Source: Octopus vulgaris (Eukaryota). From it: a DNA stretch of 64,000 nt. Positions 1 to 12,978 of this stretch are shown one piece after another (positions within the stretch are counted from its first letter, which is position 1; every line of letters starts with the position of its first letter). The notes below the pieces were generated by a model. The model saw only the letters and a program-made list of their open reading frames with translations, did not search any database and was not told the origin of the DNA. The stretch is from assembly GCA_951406725.2 (NCBI GenBank), contig OX597830.1, positions 43,834,001 through 43,898,000 of the forward strand, written 5' to 3'. The translations under genes were made by a program, and so were the position numbers.

Positions 1-330
1 CCACTATATCTGTGGAGTTGTCTATTTGCCAGGTGCAACAGTAGATGCGAAACCACTGGTAACCTGACCAGTTATTTGCCAAAACAAGGAAATACTACTT
101 GACAATATAAAAGTATAACTACTCAAATTTTCTTTTAAATTATGCTTTTGTTTTTGACTTATGGATAACTGACCTATAATATATATCCTTGTAATTACTT
201 AATGGCCATTTTCCATGCTGGCATGGGTTGGATGATTTGACAGGAAGAGCTGCACCAGACTCAGTCATCTGTTTTGGCATGACTTCTTCAGCTGGATGAC
301 ATTTCTAACACCACAGTATATATATATGAA

Positions 331-1171
331 CAGGATGCAGTGAATATATCATCATCTAAATTACACACAAATGAAAATAACACTGACATCTCATTTAATA
401 GATATATTTACCAAAATTACATTAAAATATCTTGAAATACTGAAGAGTAAATTTATTCAATAAAATCGTCATTGGCTGCAACCACGGCCTCCAGATTATT
501 TTGGAATCTCTTGCAGCTTTTCTGGACAGTCTCCTTGTTTAAGTTGGTGAATGCTATCATAATTCTTGCCCTTAATTCATCTTTAATGTTACAAGGAGTT
601 TTGTTGGTCTTTTGCTTAACAGCGCTCCACACATAATAATCAAGGGGATTGCAGTATGGCAAGTTAGATGGCCAAATGTTAGGGGTGATGTGGTTGCAGA
701 AATTGTCTGACAGTCATGACTGGGTTCTCCTGCTTGTGTGGAATGGTGCAGAGTCCTGTTGCCAGACATAGGATCTTCCAGTAGTCACCCTCTTGACTCA
801 GGGCAGCACTACCTCCTCCAGGAACTTGTTATAGGCCTCCATGTTGAGTCTGAAGCTGTGTGCAAAGATGTATGGAGGCATAACATTGGCATCACTCCAA
901 ACGCCATGATGTTGACTGGATGTTTGATTTTTATCACTCTCAATACATGTTTTGGGAACCACCTGTTCATATTGGAACTTCTGGCATGAATGCCAAGCAG
1001 TACAGCATGTTGTTTCCAAATTTCTGGCAGAGTGGATTGCGTCATGGTGCTGTTTTTCTCACAGTCTTCAACTGCTACTACTATACTGTGTAGTCGACAA
1101 AATCAAAAACAAAAATTGTGCATGCGTGAAATTAAAAATATAAAATGGTGACAATTTATCCATCACACCTG
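331..1171 (-). mobile_element. Decayed Tc1/mariner (maT/DD37D-like) DNA transposon
   Basis: Frameshifted transposase pieces (VNIMAFGV, DANVMPPYIF, PYCNPLDYYVWSAV...LEAVVAANDDFIE); degenerate CAGG.../...CCTG termini in a TA-rich context. Confidence 0.8.
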
Positions 1172-1200
1172 GTATATACATATGTACATACATATATATA

Positions 1201-1388
1201 GACGCCATGATAAATCGTTAGCCACTATACATATTTTTTCTCTCCTTGTTTTTTCTGTGTACCTTTCTGTATATGAGCGTAGGCTCGAAACGTAAAAGAC
1301 TTTCTATTCCTGAGCGTTATACTAATACATCTGTTTGTTTTGTACACCACCTGTCTTAGTCTTTTGTTTTTTTCGTAAACTTTCCCTA
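1201..1388 (+). mobile_element. Penelope-like terminal repeat fragment with degenerate minimal hammerhead
   Basis: TA-flanked; contains CTTT-CTGTATAT-GAGC-GTAG-GCTC-GAAA-CG-TA-AAAG; shares CCTGAGCG block with 35430-35570 and 49165-49300. Confidence 0.55.
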
Positions 1389-1686
1389 TATATATATATA
1401 TAGACGGGAAGGATGACTTCCCTTTGCAAATACTGACAGGACACAGAAAGTGTGTCTATGGCCAGCTGGAGGAGTGTGTCCTCCTGGGGCTAAAAACTAC
1501 AGTAGCATCCACCCTTAGGGGTAGCCATATTGAGATGGCAAATATATGTCACGATGTGTTACCGCTACTGTATATAACTCACTTTGATATTTATCATTGT
1601 TTGATTTCACTTTTTCAATATCAGCGACAGTGGACGCTGGAAAAAGTATAAGTATTTGTGAAGGAAATCTAATTCTCGCCGACAAC

Positions 1687-1747
1687 TATGATTGTCACAC
1701 GCTGACGAGAGGTCAATACCTCGAAACTCGAGTCCGTGTGTATCATA
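1687..1747 (+). ncRNA. Type I hammerhead ribozyme (copy 1)
   Basis: Stem I CACACG/CGTGTG extended by TATGAT/ATCATA; core CTGACGA (1702-1708); stem II GAGG-TCAATA-CCTC; GAAA; palindromic stem III ACTCGAGT; GUC cleavage triplet ending at 1734. Confidence 0.9.
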
Positions 1748-2038
1748 AGTTGAAGACGGGAAGGATGACTTCCCTTTGCAAATACTGACAGGACACAGAA
1801 AGTGTGTCTATGGCCAGCTGGAGGAGTGTGTCCTCCTGGGGCTAAAAACTACAGTAGCATCCACCCTTAGGGGTAGCCATATTGAGATGGCAAATATACG
1901 TCATGATGTGTTACCGCTACTGTATATAACTCACTTTGATATTTATCATTGTTTGATTTCACTTTTTCAATATCAGCGACAGTGGACGCTGGAAAAAGTA
2001 TAAGTATTTGTGAAGGAAATCTAATTCTCGCCGACAAC

Positions 2039-2099
2039 TATGATTGTCACACGCTGACGAGAGGTCAATACCTCGAAACTCGAGTCCGTGTGTATCATA
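2039..2099 (+). ncRNA. Type I hammerhead ribozyme (copy 2)
   Basis: Identical motif 352 nt downstream; core 2054-2060; predicted cleavage after C2086. Confidence 0.9.
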
Positions 2100-2267
2100 A
2101 GTTGAAGACGGGAAGGATGACTTCCCTTTGCAAATACTGACAGGACACAGAAAGTGTGTCTATGGCCAGCTGGAGGAGTGTGTCCTCCTGGGGCTAAAAA
2201 CTACAGTAGCATCCACCCTTAGGGGTAGCCATATTGAGATGGCAAATATACGTCACTATATATATAT

Positions 2268-2482
2268 TCTTTTATTCTTTTATTTGTTTCAGTAATTTGA
2301 CTGTGGCCATGCTGGAGCATCACCTTTAGTTGAGCAAATCAACCCCAGAACTTATTCTTTGTAAGCCTAGTACTTATTCTCTCTGTCTCTTTTGCCAAAC
2401 CTCTAAGTTACAGGGACGTTAACACATTGGTTGTCAAGTGATGTTAGGGGCACAAACATAGACACAAACACACACACACATG

Positions 2483-2532
<50 letters not shown>

Positions 2533-2686
2533 GATTCTTTCAGTTTCCGTCTACCAAATCGACTCACAAGGCTTAGGTCGGCCCGAGGCTATAATAGAAG
2601 ACACTTGCCCAAAGTGCCACGCAGTGGGATCGAACCTGGAACCATGTGGTTGGTAAGCAAGCTACTTATTACACAGCTACTCCTGT
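2268..2686 (-). mobile_element. tRNA-derived SINE family A; further copies at ~6162, 8630, 10755, 14638, 28885, 33865, 53120, 55760, 60265, 61449, 63008
   Basis: Pol III A/B-box-like head on the minus strand (TAGCTGTGTAAT...GGTTCGATCCC), internal TA/CA microsatellite, AAAAGAAT tail; many dispersed copies in the window. Confidence 0.85.
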
Positions 2687-3961
2687 GATATAAGTATGTA
2701 TGTAAGTATGTATGTGTGTATGTATACATATAAATCTCTGTTGATTCATAGTGAAGCAATAATTAAAAAAACACACTATGTGAGTATAGATTATACTAAT
2801 ACAAAGCATCGACATTCTGGAACACATTTCATTTAATCAGAGAAAAAAAACCTTAATCAACAAAATAATTATCATCATCGTCATTGTCATCACATTGTGT
2901 TCATTTCTCTGAGTTAGATACATCTACCATGCAGCACAACATTGTTCATCTTAACCTTCTATCATATAATCTGCAAAACCTAGTATCCTGAAATCTGACC
3001 ACACCGTTGTTTTTCCTCTCCTCTCTTTCTCAGTTTTCCTCTATCACAGGTAGATTCAATAGGTAGATTCTTTTTTTCACCTGGTCACCCATTTATATCA
3101 CGTGTCCACACCAGCTAAGTTATCTCCCCTGAATACACTGACTGATGTGATGGGATATGATGGATGTGGTACTGATGAAAGAGCAATAATTGTTGAAATG
3201 TGAATATACACTAATGTGAATATACACTCATTTCCTATTGTTCTCTATCTTCAATTACATTGTTTACATAAACATATTCATATGCAAAACATCAAAACTT
3301 TCGATGCTGGCTCTAAATGCCATTGAAAATCTGTAAAGATAAACTTTAAAATGAACACTGGCTGATAGCTTCAATGCCAAGTTGCTCTTATAAATCTAAC
3401 AACTCAAGCTTATTCCTCTTCAATTATCTCATTGTATATTCCACACGAAACATAAATAATCCTGATATATGTTTAATAAAGAAAGTATTTTCCAGAGACG
3501 GAGTCAAACAGAGACCCATTTTTGCTAACAAGAGGTAATAGCTTCTTAAACCTCATTCATTCTTTTCAGTATTCTAGCAACAATAATGGCAATGAGCAGG
3601 TAGAATTATTACAACTTCTGTTCTGGTTCTTTACAATCTGAGTTCAAATCCTGTTGAAGTCAACTCTGATTTTCATCCTTCTGGGGGTTGATAAAGTAGA
3701 GTACTCAGAAAGTATTGGCCACCACAAGGCCCAGTTCTTGGTACAGTGTGGAGGCTTGAATGCCTCAATGACCCTTAGACAGTTATTCCAATGGAGCATG
3801 AGATTCCAGTAGGTCAAAGGTTAGTGGTCAGACTAAGATGGACCACCTCTTCCCAAAGGTAAAAACCAGTGTGCATAGGGCCAACACCCCTACCTAGAAG
3901 AAAAGCTAAGTCACAGAAAAATCAATGACAATTCAAAACAAACAAGACCTGGAGGATGGGG

Positions 3962-4220
3962 ACATCATCATCGTCGTCGTCGTCGTTTAATGTCCGCTTT
4001 CCATGATGGCATGGGTTGGATGGTTTGACTGAGGGCTGGTGAGCCAGAAGGCTGCACCAAGCTCCAATCCGATCTGGCAAAGTTTCTACAGTTGGATGCC
4101 CTTCCTAATGCCAACCACTCCAAGAGTGTAGTGGGTGCGTTTTATGTGCTACTGGCATGAGGGCTAGTTAGGTGGTACTAGCATCAACCACACTGAAATT
4201 GTGCTTTTTACATGCCGCCA
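3962..4220 (-). mobile_element. SINE family C with (GAT)n tail; further copies at ~11428, 13078, 16404, 28221, 28490, 40790, 44680, 49435, 52480, 54425, 56835, 63300
   Basis: Recurrent block CATCAT-TTTAACGTCCGCTTTCCATGCTGGCATGGGTTGGA...GGATGCCCTTCCTAACGCCAACCACTC. Confidence 0.85.
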
Positions 4221-5522
4221 ACAAAGGAGCAGTAAAACCCCGAAAGAAATCTGCAAGGTTGATTCCGTTTCTGACCACCAGGAGGCAGAAAAGTCAGCCC
4301 AGATTCAAGAACAGTGGAGAAAAGCCACTGCTGGCCTTGTGCTTCATAAAGAGAGAAAGGCTTATTCAAAGAATTATTCTGGTAATTAGGCTTTTACAAC
4401 TGTCACTTCTTGCACTAATTATTACCTGGGTAATAGAACTCTGTAGAATGCTATGAAAGGGATAGTTCATTTCATTAAAGGTAGACTTAATCTGTTGTTT
4501 GGTTTAACATCCCCTCTTGGTCCTTCTGCCTTTAAAATCCCCTCCTGGCCCTTGGCCTTCAAAATTCCTCTCAGATGCAAGTATTTAGTCCCAGATTTTA
4601 GTTTGAAGTTTTCTTCAACCAATCCTTCTATCAGTCTTGGAGGTCTTGAAAAGGATCATGGGTACTGCCTTTCCCTTCTCTGACTAAGCTAATAAGAATT
4701 TTTTTTTTTTTTTTTTACTTCTATGAGAGCTAGACGGAAGGACTAAGATACTCTGGAAAGAAACCACTTGAAGCATAAAAATATTGGAATCATTCCAAAA
4801 CCTACAGTACACTTTGTACCAATAAAATACAACATTATCTTCTGACTCTTGCATCTCAATATTTTATCTATTTGTTTTCCAGAAAACTTTTCATTATTCT
4901 TGTTGTTGTTAATTTTGAGGAGAAGAATTGGCCTCTATAACTTTTGCAGGTTCTCCATTTTGGTATGACACATGTTTACAACAGCAACAACAAAAGCAGC
5001 ACAAACCAACAATGTAGAGTGAGTATACATACATACATACATACATACATATGTGTGTGTGTGTGTGTATGTGGTCAATCTACCTGCTAGAAATAGCAGT
5101 CAAGTTGCACCCAACAAACTTAAAAGGAAAGAGGAAAAGACATATTACCTAATATAATCCTAGATACATAAAAGGACAGGACTGTCACAGCTGGAACGTC
5201 TTTGATCATAGGTCAGCCCAATCAGGACAGACCTTGAGCAGAACAACAACAATTGCTACAACAGAAGCAGTAGTTGTCTACACTCAACTGCCCCCCACTC
5301 TTATCCAACATCTATTATACCACTGAATGACTACAAAAGTAAATTGGTGCCACGTAAAAGCAATCATGCCAGTGCCAAATGTAGAGGCACCCATACCAGT
5401 GCCATGCATAAAGCACCTGTGTCAATGCCACACAAAATGCACCTAGTACACTCTGCAGAGTGGTTGGCATAAATGACCTGAGATGCTCATCCTGCCTTCG
5501 TTTTGTTTTCCTTTTCCTTTAA

Positions 5523-5589
<67 letters not shown>

Positions 5590-5591
<2 letters not shown>

Positions 5592-6080
5592 TATATTATA
5601 TAAAATCTGTTCTGTCTGTCTGTCTGTGTGTCTTCTAGGATCTCGAGCATCCTCCATCTGATTGAGCTCAAATTTGATATGTAGATACTGACAGTATCAG
5701 GGCATGTATAAATCTTGAAAATATTACAAAAATCGATTCCAGGTGAGAATGCGATTGATAAAACCATTTTTGTCCTGCTTTTCTTCCATCAACCTGTACA
5801 TAAATGCACCTTCCATTTTTTGTTGTTTTTATACTGCTTAAAGGCACATTTCTTTCCTGCCAAGCTTACTGTTTAAACCATGTTTGTGTTCTCCCAGTCA
5901 AAAACCTTATCATTACTGGAACTTTAAACTCTTTGGTTGCATATTTGAGTGGATAAAATCGTTTTTCTTTGAAATAGAAAAAAAGTCTTTCTTTATTTCT
6001 TCTTTTGCTGGTGTCTCAAATTTAGGTTAAATCAGTGTTTCTCAAAGGAGAAGCCTATGGGACGGTCAGACAAGTTTTGA
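5590..6080 (+). mobile_element. Non-autonomous Helitron-like element fragment
   Basis: TATATAAAA-TCTGTTCTGTCTGTCTG start, similar in layout to the Helitron at 55041-55505. Confidence 0.4.
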
Positions 6081-7831
6081 GAAAATTTGGTTTAAATGTT
6101 TGACAACTCAGCACTGTCCATTTGGGCGTTTTGCTCGTATATATATACATATATAGATAGATGCAGGAATGGGTGTGGGGAAAGAAGCTTGCTTCCCAAC
6201 CACATGGTTCCTGGTTCAGTCCCACTGCATGGCACCTTGGGTAAGTGTCTTCTACTATAGCCTCAGGCTGACCAAAGTGTTGTGAGTGGATTTGGTAGAC
6301 GGAAACTGAAAGAAGCCCATCATATATATATATAGTTTGTTTACTTTCATTGTAATTTTGATTTATAACTAGCATCTTATAAAGCTAGATTTATAAGTTC
6401 AAAAATTGCAGATTAATTTGTCAGTGGGCAGTTTCACTTAGTAGTAGAGTATATGACCAGTAATCACAAGGATGTGGGTTTGAATCTCATGGCGTGCACA
6501 TTTTTCTGCAATAATATGGATATTTTATCCTGTTCCTGCTATTCTGTTAGCATTATTCTGTGCTTCAGAATAAATTATTTCTGTATCTTTCAATACATCT
6601 CAACGCTTCTAAAGCAAACTTTGTTTACCTTCATCATAATTAAAGGAATGGGTTCAATTACCAACAAAGGAAAAGATGCTGCTAGCAAATTCTCAATAAT
6701 CAGAAAGTATATATATTAAGTTTTTTAAATTCTAGGAAATGTCTGAGATATTTGAAGTCTATAGAGACCAACTCACTCATGTGTGAATTACAGCCCTCTA
6801 GTGCCAACCTCTACCCCAAACAAAACCATTAAAAGAGAAACAGAAGATACTAGCAACCTTTTTGGATACCAACCTGCCTCAAACTGAAACTGGTTCTAGG
6901 ATACAAGTTTCCTGATTTAAAGAAATTTAAATTAAACCTTCCATCAAAATTTAATGTTAATTTGCCTTCCAAACATCAGCTTCAAAATGACAGCTATTTT
7001 ACAATTTTTGCCGTTATTTTAAAACTTAATTAAAACTGTAGCAGTAATTCAAAACCCAAATGCTATCAGGCACCATGAGCAAAACTCCACAGTTTTGTGT
7101 GATTGGTCGAAGAATCACCCAATCATTTTGAGGTTTTAGCCTAATATGGTTTTCTCAAATGTTCTTCTTGTACCCAATAAAAGACCATTTTGGCTCTCAA
7201 GTTAATTGCTGAGTGCTGAAGACAGCTGATTAACTCCTATCTCCACTTTTGCCACTCTGATGGTCCCAGACACTTTCATGTTCTTGAACTGACTAAACTG
7301 AATATTCACATAATGTCTGATAAATAACTTCTATGGATGTGACATGGCTTTTCTCTCTCTCCCACTCAGTAAATACTTTTACGTTGGTCATCGTAAATAG
7401 CTCAACACCAAATATCTTGTGGTCCAGCAATTCAGATTTTCAAGTGTGTTCCAGTGATTATTTACGCAGCCAACAAAATATATCTTCATTTCCCCCACTA
7501 TTCAAGCAACCAAACCACCTTTACAACAAAACAAAAGCAGTGCATTTCAACACATATATGGTAACAAAAGAGTTAACGGAGAGGGGGTGGGTATGCATTC
7601 AGCAAAACTCAACTGAATCCTATACTAGCTTTGCTATGACTCACTATCACCTTTATTACAAGGTCCATTACTTAAATCCATTACAGCCTCCCCCATCTCT
7701 CTCTCTCTTGTGTATCGCCATTGCTTCTATAATAGTTAACAAAGCTGTTGTTCTGCCAGTCATCAGAAATGATATCCCCCTGTAAATTCTGCTTATCTAC
7801 GTGAGTGATTAGTATTATCTTAACTACTCAC

Positions 7832-8089
7832 CTCAAAGTATTCACTAGATTGGCAAACATCCTTGATGGTTGTACAGATTTCTGTTACATAACGATTTTA
7901 TTTGTTTTTCTCTCAACTTCCCTTCTAATCTCTGCAGACAGGGTCTCTACTGGCTTTAATAGGGACAAGCTCTTCTTATCTTCATGCTTCTTTATTTTTA
8001 AAAGCACCCATAACATTTCAGGTATATTTCTTTCCAATAATATCTTGATTCAAACTGACAAAGTCTGACAATTGAAACTATTCACCATC
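7832..8089 (-). other. Candidate non-coding/5'UTR exon
   Basis: Minus-strand acceptor TCTTGTCTCATTGTTTTATACAG| and donor GAG|GTGAGT; non-repetitive; stops in all three frames; possible start MFANLVNTL at the 3' end. Confidence 0.3.
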
Positions 8090-8190
8090 CTGTATAAAAC
8101 AATGAGACAAGACTTGCAAGTTATGTTTCACTGGAATAGCAAAAACACTGTTCTTGCTTCTGTGAACTTCTGTAATAAATTGTTATTGTA

Positions 8191-8549
8191 TTTAACCCTT
8201 TCATTAGCAACCTGGGTGAAAGATTCTTTGTTATATTTAAAGTAATTGAAAGAAACACAGAGCATCTCAACAGAAATATGGTAACAAAAGGCTTAAAATA
8301 TAAAACAGAGAAACAATTCTTAACCCTTTTGATACCAACCTGGCTGAAAACACTTCTGGCTCTGAGTACAAATGTCATGTTTTCATAAGTTTTGAATCAA
8401 AATCTTCTACCAAACCTTAGTCACAATTTATGTTCCAAATATTAGCTTAATGATAACTAAGTTATTTTACTAAATTCTTTGTTATATTTAAAATTAATTG
8501 AAAAGAAACACAGAGCATCTCAACAGAAATACAGTAATGAAAGTGTTAA
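8191..8549. mobile_element. Two adjacent piggyBac-type MITE copies
   Basis: TTAA-CCCTTT... left ends at 8191 and 8320; ...AAAGGCTTAA and ...AAAGTGTTAA right ends; shared internal sequence. Confidence 0.6.
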
Positions 8550-9482
8550 TGTAATTTCACCATTAAAATGCTCACGGACATTAATCATTTATAGCAGTGA
8601 TATATATTGACAGCGATTTCTTACAATGTAGGCACAGGCTGTGTGGTAAGAAGCTTGTTCCCCAACCACATGATTCTGGGTTCAGCCCCACTGTGTGACA
8701 TCTAGAGCAAGTGTATTTTACTATAGCCTCGAGCTGGCCAAAGCATTATGAGTGGATTTGGTAGACAGAAACTCAGAGAAGCCCATCGGGTATAAATATA
8801 GGCACAGGAGTGGCTGTGTGGTAAGTAGCTTGCTTACTGCTACCAAGTTGTCGCATTGTTTTTCGTCACAGTGGAAGTCATATCATACATGAAAAATTGA
8901 ACATTTGAAGTATGACCACAGGTAAAGCATTTGTTTTTTGGGAGCTTAGTGAAGTCTGTTGTCCATATAGTTATTATTTTTTCGAACAAGGGTTCCACCG
9001 TGTTCCAGACATTTGTTTGCTAGTGGTCGAACTAAAAGACTCACTTTTTAGTGAGAATTGTGTGTGTTTTTGGGAGGTGTGTCCTTCTGAAAATTTATGA
9101 TTTTATGTGACTGAGTGCACTTCGTGGATTTTACCATTTGGAGTACAACCAGGAATTTTTTGCCGCTATACCTTTAACTGTGCTACAAAGGATTACCAGA
9201 GTTGAATTTTGTTGAAAAATCCAGCTCCAAAAAAGCCTCATGATAGCAAAGGGGAACGGGCACCAGCCAGCCAGCCCAAAGGTTGGGGTGGGCTGTACCT
9301 GCCTACCTCGATTGCTATGGAATTGAGGTAGATCCAGCTACCTCCGTTAACGGGGACAAAACCCAGATTTAAAATACTGATGATGATGATGATGATAATG
9401 ATTGTAGGCTTTTCAATTAATTTTATTGTATACAACAATGATGAATAATAACTACAAATGAAACAATGATGCAACAATGATA

Positions 9483-9710
9483 ACTACAAATGAAATGGTT
9501 CAAACTGTTTTCCATTGTCTACGATACAAGAAAGCAAACACAAAGCAACGTTGCGACAAGCTTTTTGGCACAGTTCCAAATTGATTGTGGCGAATTGCTC
9601 ATCAATAACTTGACGAAGATCAGGAATGGTTTGCAGTTTCTCTTTGTATACCATATCTTTAAGAATACCACACAAGAAAAATGTACAATAAAATAAAAAT
9701 CAGGTAAAAC
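9483..9710 (-). mobile_element. Tc1/mariner transposase C-terminal fragment
   Basis: GILKDMVYKEKLQTIPDLRQVI...CIVDNGKQFE resembles the WGYLKxxVY...GxxFE transposase end. Confidence 0.7.
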
Positions 9711-9780
9711 TTTCTGGACACTCGGTATATTTGGCGACAGGGGCAGTATTAACACCAAGAGGTTAATATTTGATGACACA

Positions 9781-9990
9781 AGGCAGCGAGCTGGCAGAAA
9801 TGTTAGCATGCCGGACAAAATGTTTAGCGGTATTTTATCTGTCTTTATGTTCTGAGTTCAAATTCTGCCAAGGTCGGTTTTGCCTTTCATCCTTTCGGGG
9901 TCAATAAATTAAGTACCAGTTATGTACTGGGGTCGATCTAATCGAATGGCTCCCTCACCAAAAATTTCGGGCCTAGTGTAGAAAAGAATA
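9781..9990 (+). mobile_element. tRNA-related SINE family B; further copies at 20742-20938 (-) and 30468-30614 (+)
   Basis: GGCAGCGAGCTGGCAGAA...GAGTTCAAATTC...GCCTTTCATCCTTTCGGGGTC shared among copies. Confidence 0.8.
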
Positions 9991-10024
9991 TCTGATGCCA
10001 CTTAAACATGGATGTTCCATATTC

Positions 10025-10243
10025 TGTTAGAACAAACTTTACTTCTTTAGATACCATGAGATAAAATCTCATAGAGGCTTTGGTGCAAAATGCACGCTTG
10101 TTTATATCACTAGTGATGGAGAAGTTGGTGGAGGAGTTATCTCCCAGCTAGCAATATAAACAAACAAGCATGCATTCTGCACCAAAAGCCTTTATGAGAA
10201 TTTCTCTCATGGTACGTTCTGCAGTATAGTTTGTTCTAACACA
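10025..10243. mobile_element. Palindromic MITE-like element
   Basis: Imperfect inverted arms TGTTAGAACAAACT..TACCATGAGA..GCTTGTTTATAT / ATATAAAC..CAAGC..TCTCATGGTA..AGTTTGTTCTAACA. Confidence 0.6.
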
Positions 10244-11990
10244 ACATTCACATTTAAATGGGAATAAATTTTTTCAAGATGGAAGAGTGTGACGTAATGA
10301 AAATGTAGCTACTAATTTTAGCACGTCAAGAGACAATATATAGGCTTGCAAATTATCGTGCTGGCTTGCAAATTATTATGTTTTAATGAGAGGTGGAATG
10401 AGATATGATGACATTTGAGAATTTTGCATGGGAAATTATAGTAAAAGAAAATGGCTCTAACAGCATTAATTGAGAACTGAGATCAGAGAATGTTAATTTG
10501 CCCATAACCTACTTCTTGCCCTAAAGTGGTAACCACATTTAACTTTTATAATGATGATTGGAGCCTGGTGCAGCCACCCAGCTTGCCAGTCCTCAGTCAA
10601 ACTGTCCAACCCATACCAGCATGGAAAGCAGATGTCAAATGATGATGATGATGATTTGATTCCCACAAAGTTAGTATTTTGTAGAGGACAGATGTACTTG
10701 ATTGAGCAGTGTTTGACCCTTCTGTCCCATATTTCTGTTGAATCACCCTGCCTTTGTTTCAGTCACTGGGCTGTGGCCATGCTGGGGCACTACTTTGAAG
10801 AATTTTAGTCAAATGAATCAACTCCCAGTACTTATTTTCTTTTGAGCCTGTCTCTTTTGCTGGACTGCTAAGTTACAGGGAAATAAGCAAACAAACACCA
10901 GTCATCAAGTGGTGGTGGGAAACAAACACACACATACATACGATGGTTTTCTTTCAGTTTCTCTCAACCAAACTTACTCACAAGGCTTTGGCCAGCATCA
11001 GTCTATAGTAAAAGACACTCTCCCAAGGTGCCATGCAATGGAACTGAATCCAGAGCCACATGGCTGGGAAGCAAACTTCTTACCACACAGCTGCAACTGC
11101 CTTTGCTTCATAGATGAAAGGTTTTAATTAAAATTCCTTTAAAACAGAAATTGTTTATCAGAGAACCAGAGGTGGTCTTGGGTGGATTTGGTATCAAAAA
11201 GAATTCTGATGACAGTTGGCTCTGTCAGGACTTGAACTCAGACTCTAGTAGACAGTAAACTAAATTGGATTGTTAAACAGAGTCAAGAAACCCTTAAGAA
11301 CTAAGGCACAGCTCTGTGATTATGGCACTTAATCAAATAAGGGTAAATCAAGGGACGTTAAACGATGATGATGATGATGAACTTCTACATACAATGCAAT
11401 AACTGTTTGGGATTTGTACTCAAAACCTCATCATCATCATCATCATTTAATGTCAGCTTTCCATGCTGGCACGAATGGGACAGTTTGATTGAGGACTGGC
11501 AAGCTAGGAGGCTGCACCAGGCTCCAATCCGATCTGGCAAGGTTTGTGCAGCTGGATGCCCTTCCTAATGTCAACCACTCCAAGAGTGTAGAGGGTGCTT
11601 TTTAGGTTCCACCGGCATGGGAGCCAGTCAGATGGCACTGGCATCGACCACACTCAAATGGTGCTTTTTACATGCCACCAGCACAGAAGCCAGTCAGGAG
11701 GCACTGCATCAACCATACTCAAATGTTGCATTTTATGTGCCACCAGCACTGACCTGTTGTTTGATAACCTTTGTCTTGTCAAATGCAGTTTGTATGAGCA
11801 AGTCTGACTGTGCTTGAAATATATTGGTGTTGGTTGGGATAGCTGTTTTGGAGAAAAGAGATTTAGGGAAAAAGAAAGGAAGAACAGAAGGCAGAGAGAC
11901 AGATATTCAGATAGATAGTAAAATATGTGTATATATGTGTGTGTGTGTGTGTATATATTTATATATATGGATATATATATATGTGTGTGC

Positions 11991-12030
<40 letters not shown>

Positions 12031-12269
12031 ACTATTTGAGGGAAAATAAATCCAAACTTACAGGGAAAAAATTCAATTTAGAAATACTAAATCAAATTTC
12101 ACACCATATAATATATATATATATATATATAAAAATGAGAAAAAAACACTTTTTATCAATTCAAAATGAACAATTAAATTACACCATCTAGAAAATTATA
12201 TATAATAGAAATACCAAAATTAAAATAACAATAAACTATCAATGATTAAGTAAATTGCAAAATTGTTGA

Positions 12270-12978
12270 CAACAATCTCAGCTGGAGTGCTCACATCAAC
12301 AATAAGGTTGATATAGCTTGTAGGATGAGCTCCGGGATTCTAAGAACCTTCCAGTCCAGAGAACAAGGCATCATCATTCCCCTTCTCTCCTCCTTTGTAT
12401 GGCTACACCTCAAATACTGCTGTCCACTGTGGTCTCCCCATACAAAACATTTCAAAAATTGAATCACCCCAGAGGTCATTCACTAAAAGAATTAAGGACA
12501 TGACTGATCTCGATTATTGACACTGCCTTAAAGCATTATTAAAACATTATTCCCTCCAGCACCGCCGTGAGTGATATAACATTTGCACGATGTGGAGAAT
12601 ATTCCACCAGCATTGTCCAAACGACCTCAACATTAGCTTCAAAATTCATCCAAGGCTAGGAACATGTCCCCTACTAAATTCAGGATCACAACAGACAAAA
12701 ATACTGCAACACAATTTCTTTTCCTCAACAGGTCCTGCCCTGTTTAACATTGTCCCAAAACTGATCAAAGAGGAAAAGGATCCCATCACCTTTAAACGGA
12801 ATCTGGACAAATTTCTTCAAGGAAAAACCTGATAAATCACCTAAACCTGGATACACCTCACTCAATAAGAACTCCCTGCTTGAATGGACCATAAACAAAA
12901 CTTGACTTGAAAAGGATTTAGCTTATCCTATCAGGTGGTGCTATTAAGTTAGACATGGTGTGGACCAATCTTTGGTCG

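Larger units (their letters stand above)
1402..2256 (+). repeat. 352-bp tandem repeat (~2.4 copies), retrozyme-like, flanked by (TA)n
   Basis: Units start at 1403, 1755 and 2107 (GACGGGAAGGATGACTTCCC); near identical, with only two CpG/TpG differences noticed. Confidence 0.97.

Noticed and set aside
1424-2140. 75-aa and 63-aa ORFs in the 352-bp repeat
   Set aside because: Non-ATG starts and no recognisable motif; RNA structure explains the conservation better
2560-2686. tRNA gene
   Set aside because: A/B-box-like sequences are SINE heads without a cloverleaf or terminator
4172-4683. Coding exon(s) in unique-looking sequence
   Set aside because: No frame consistent with splice sites on either strand and no recognisable homology
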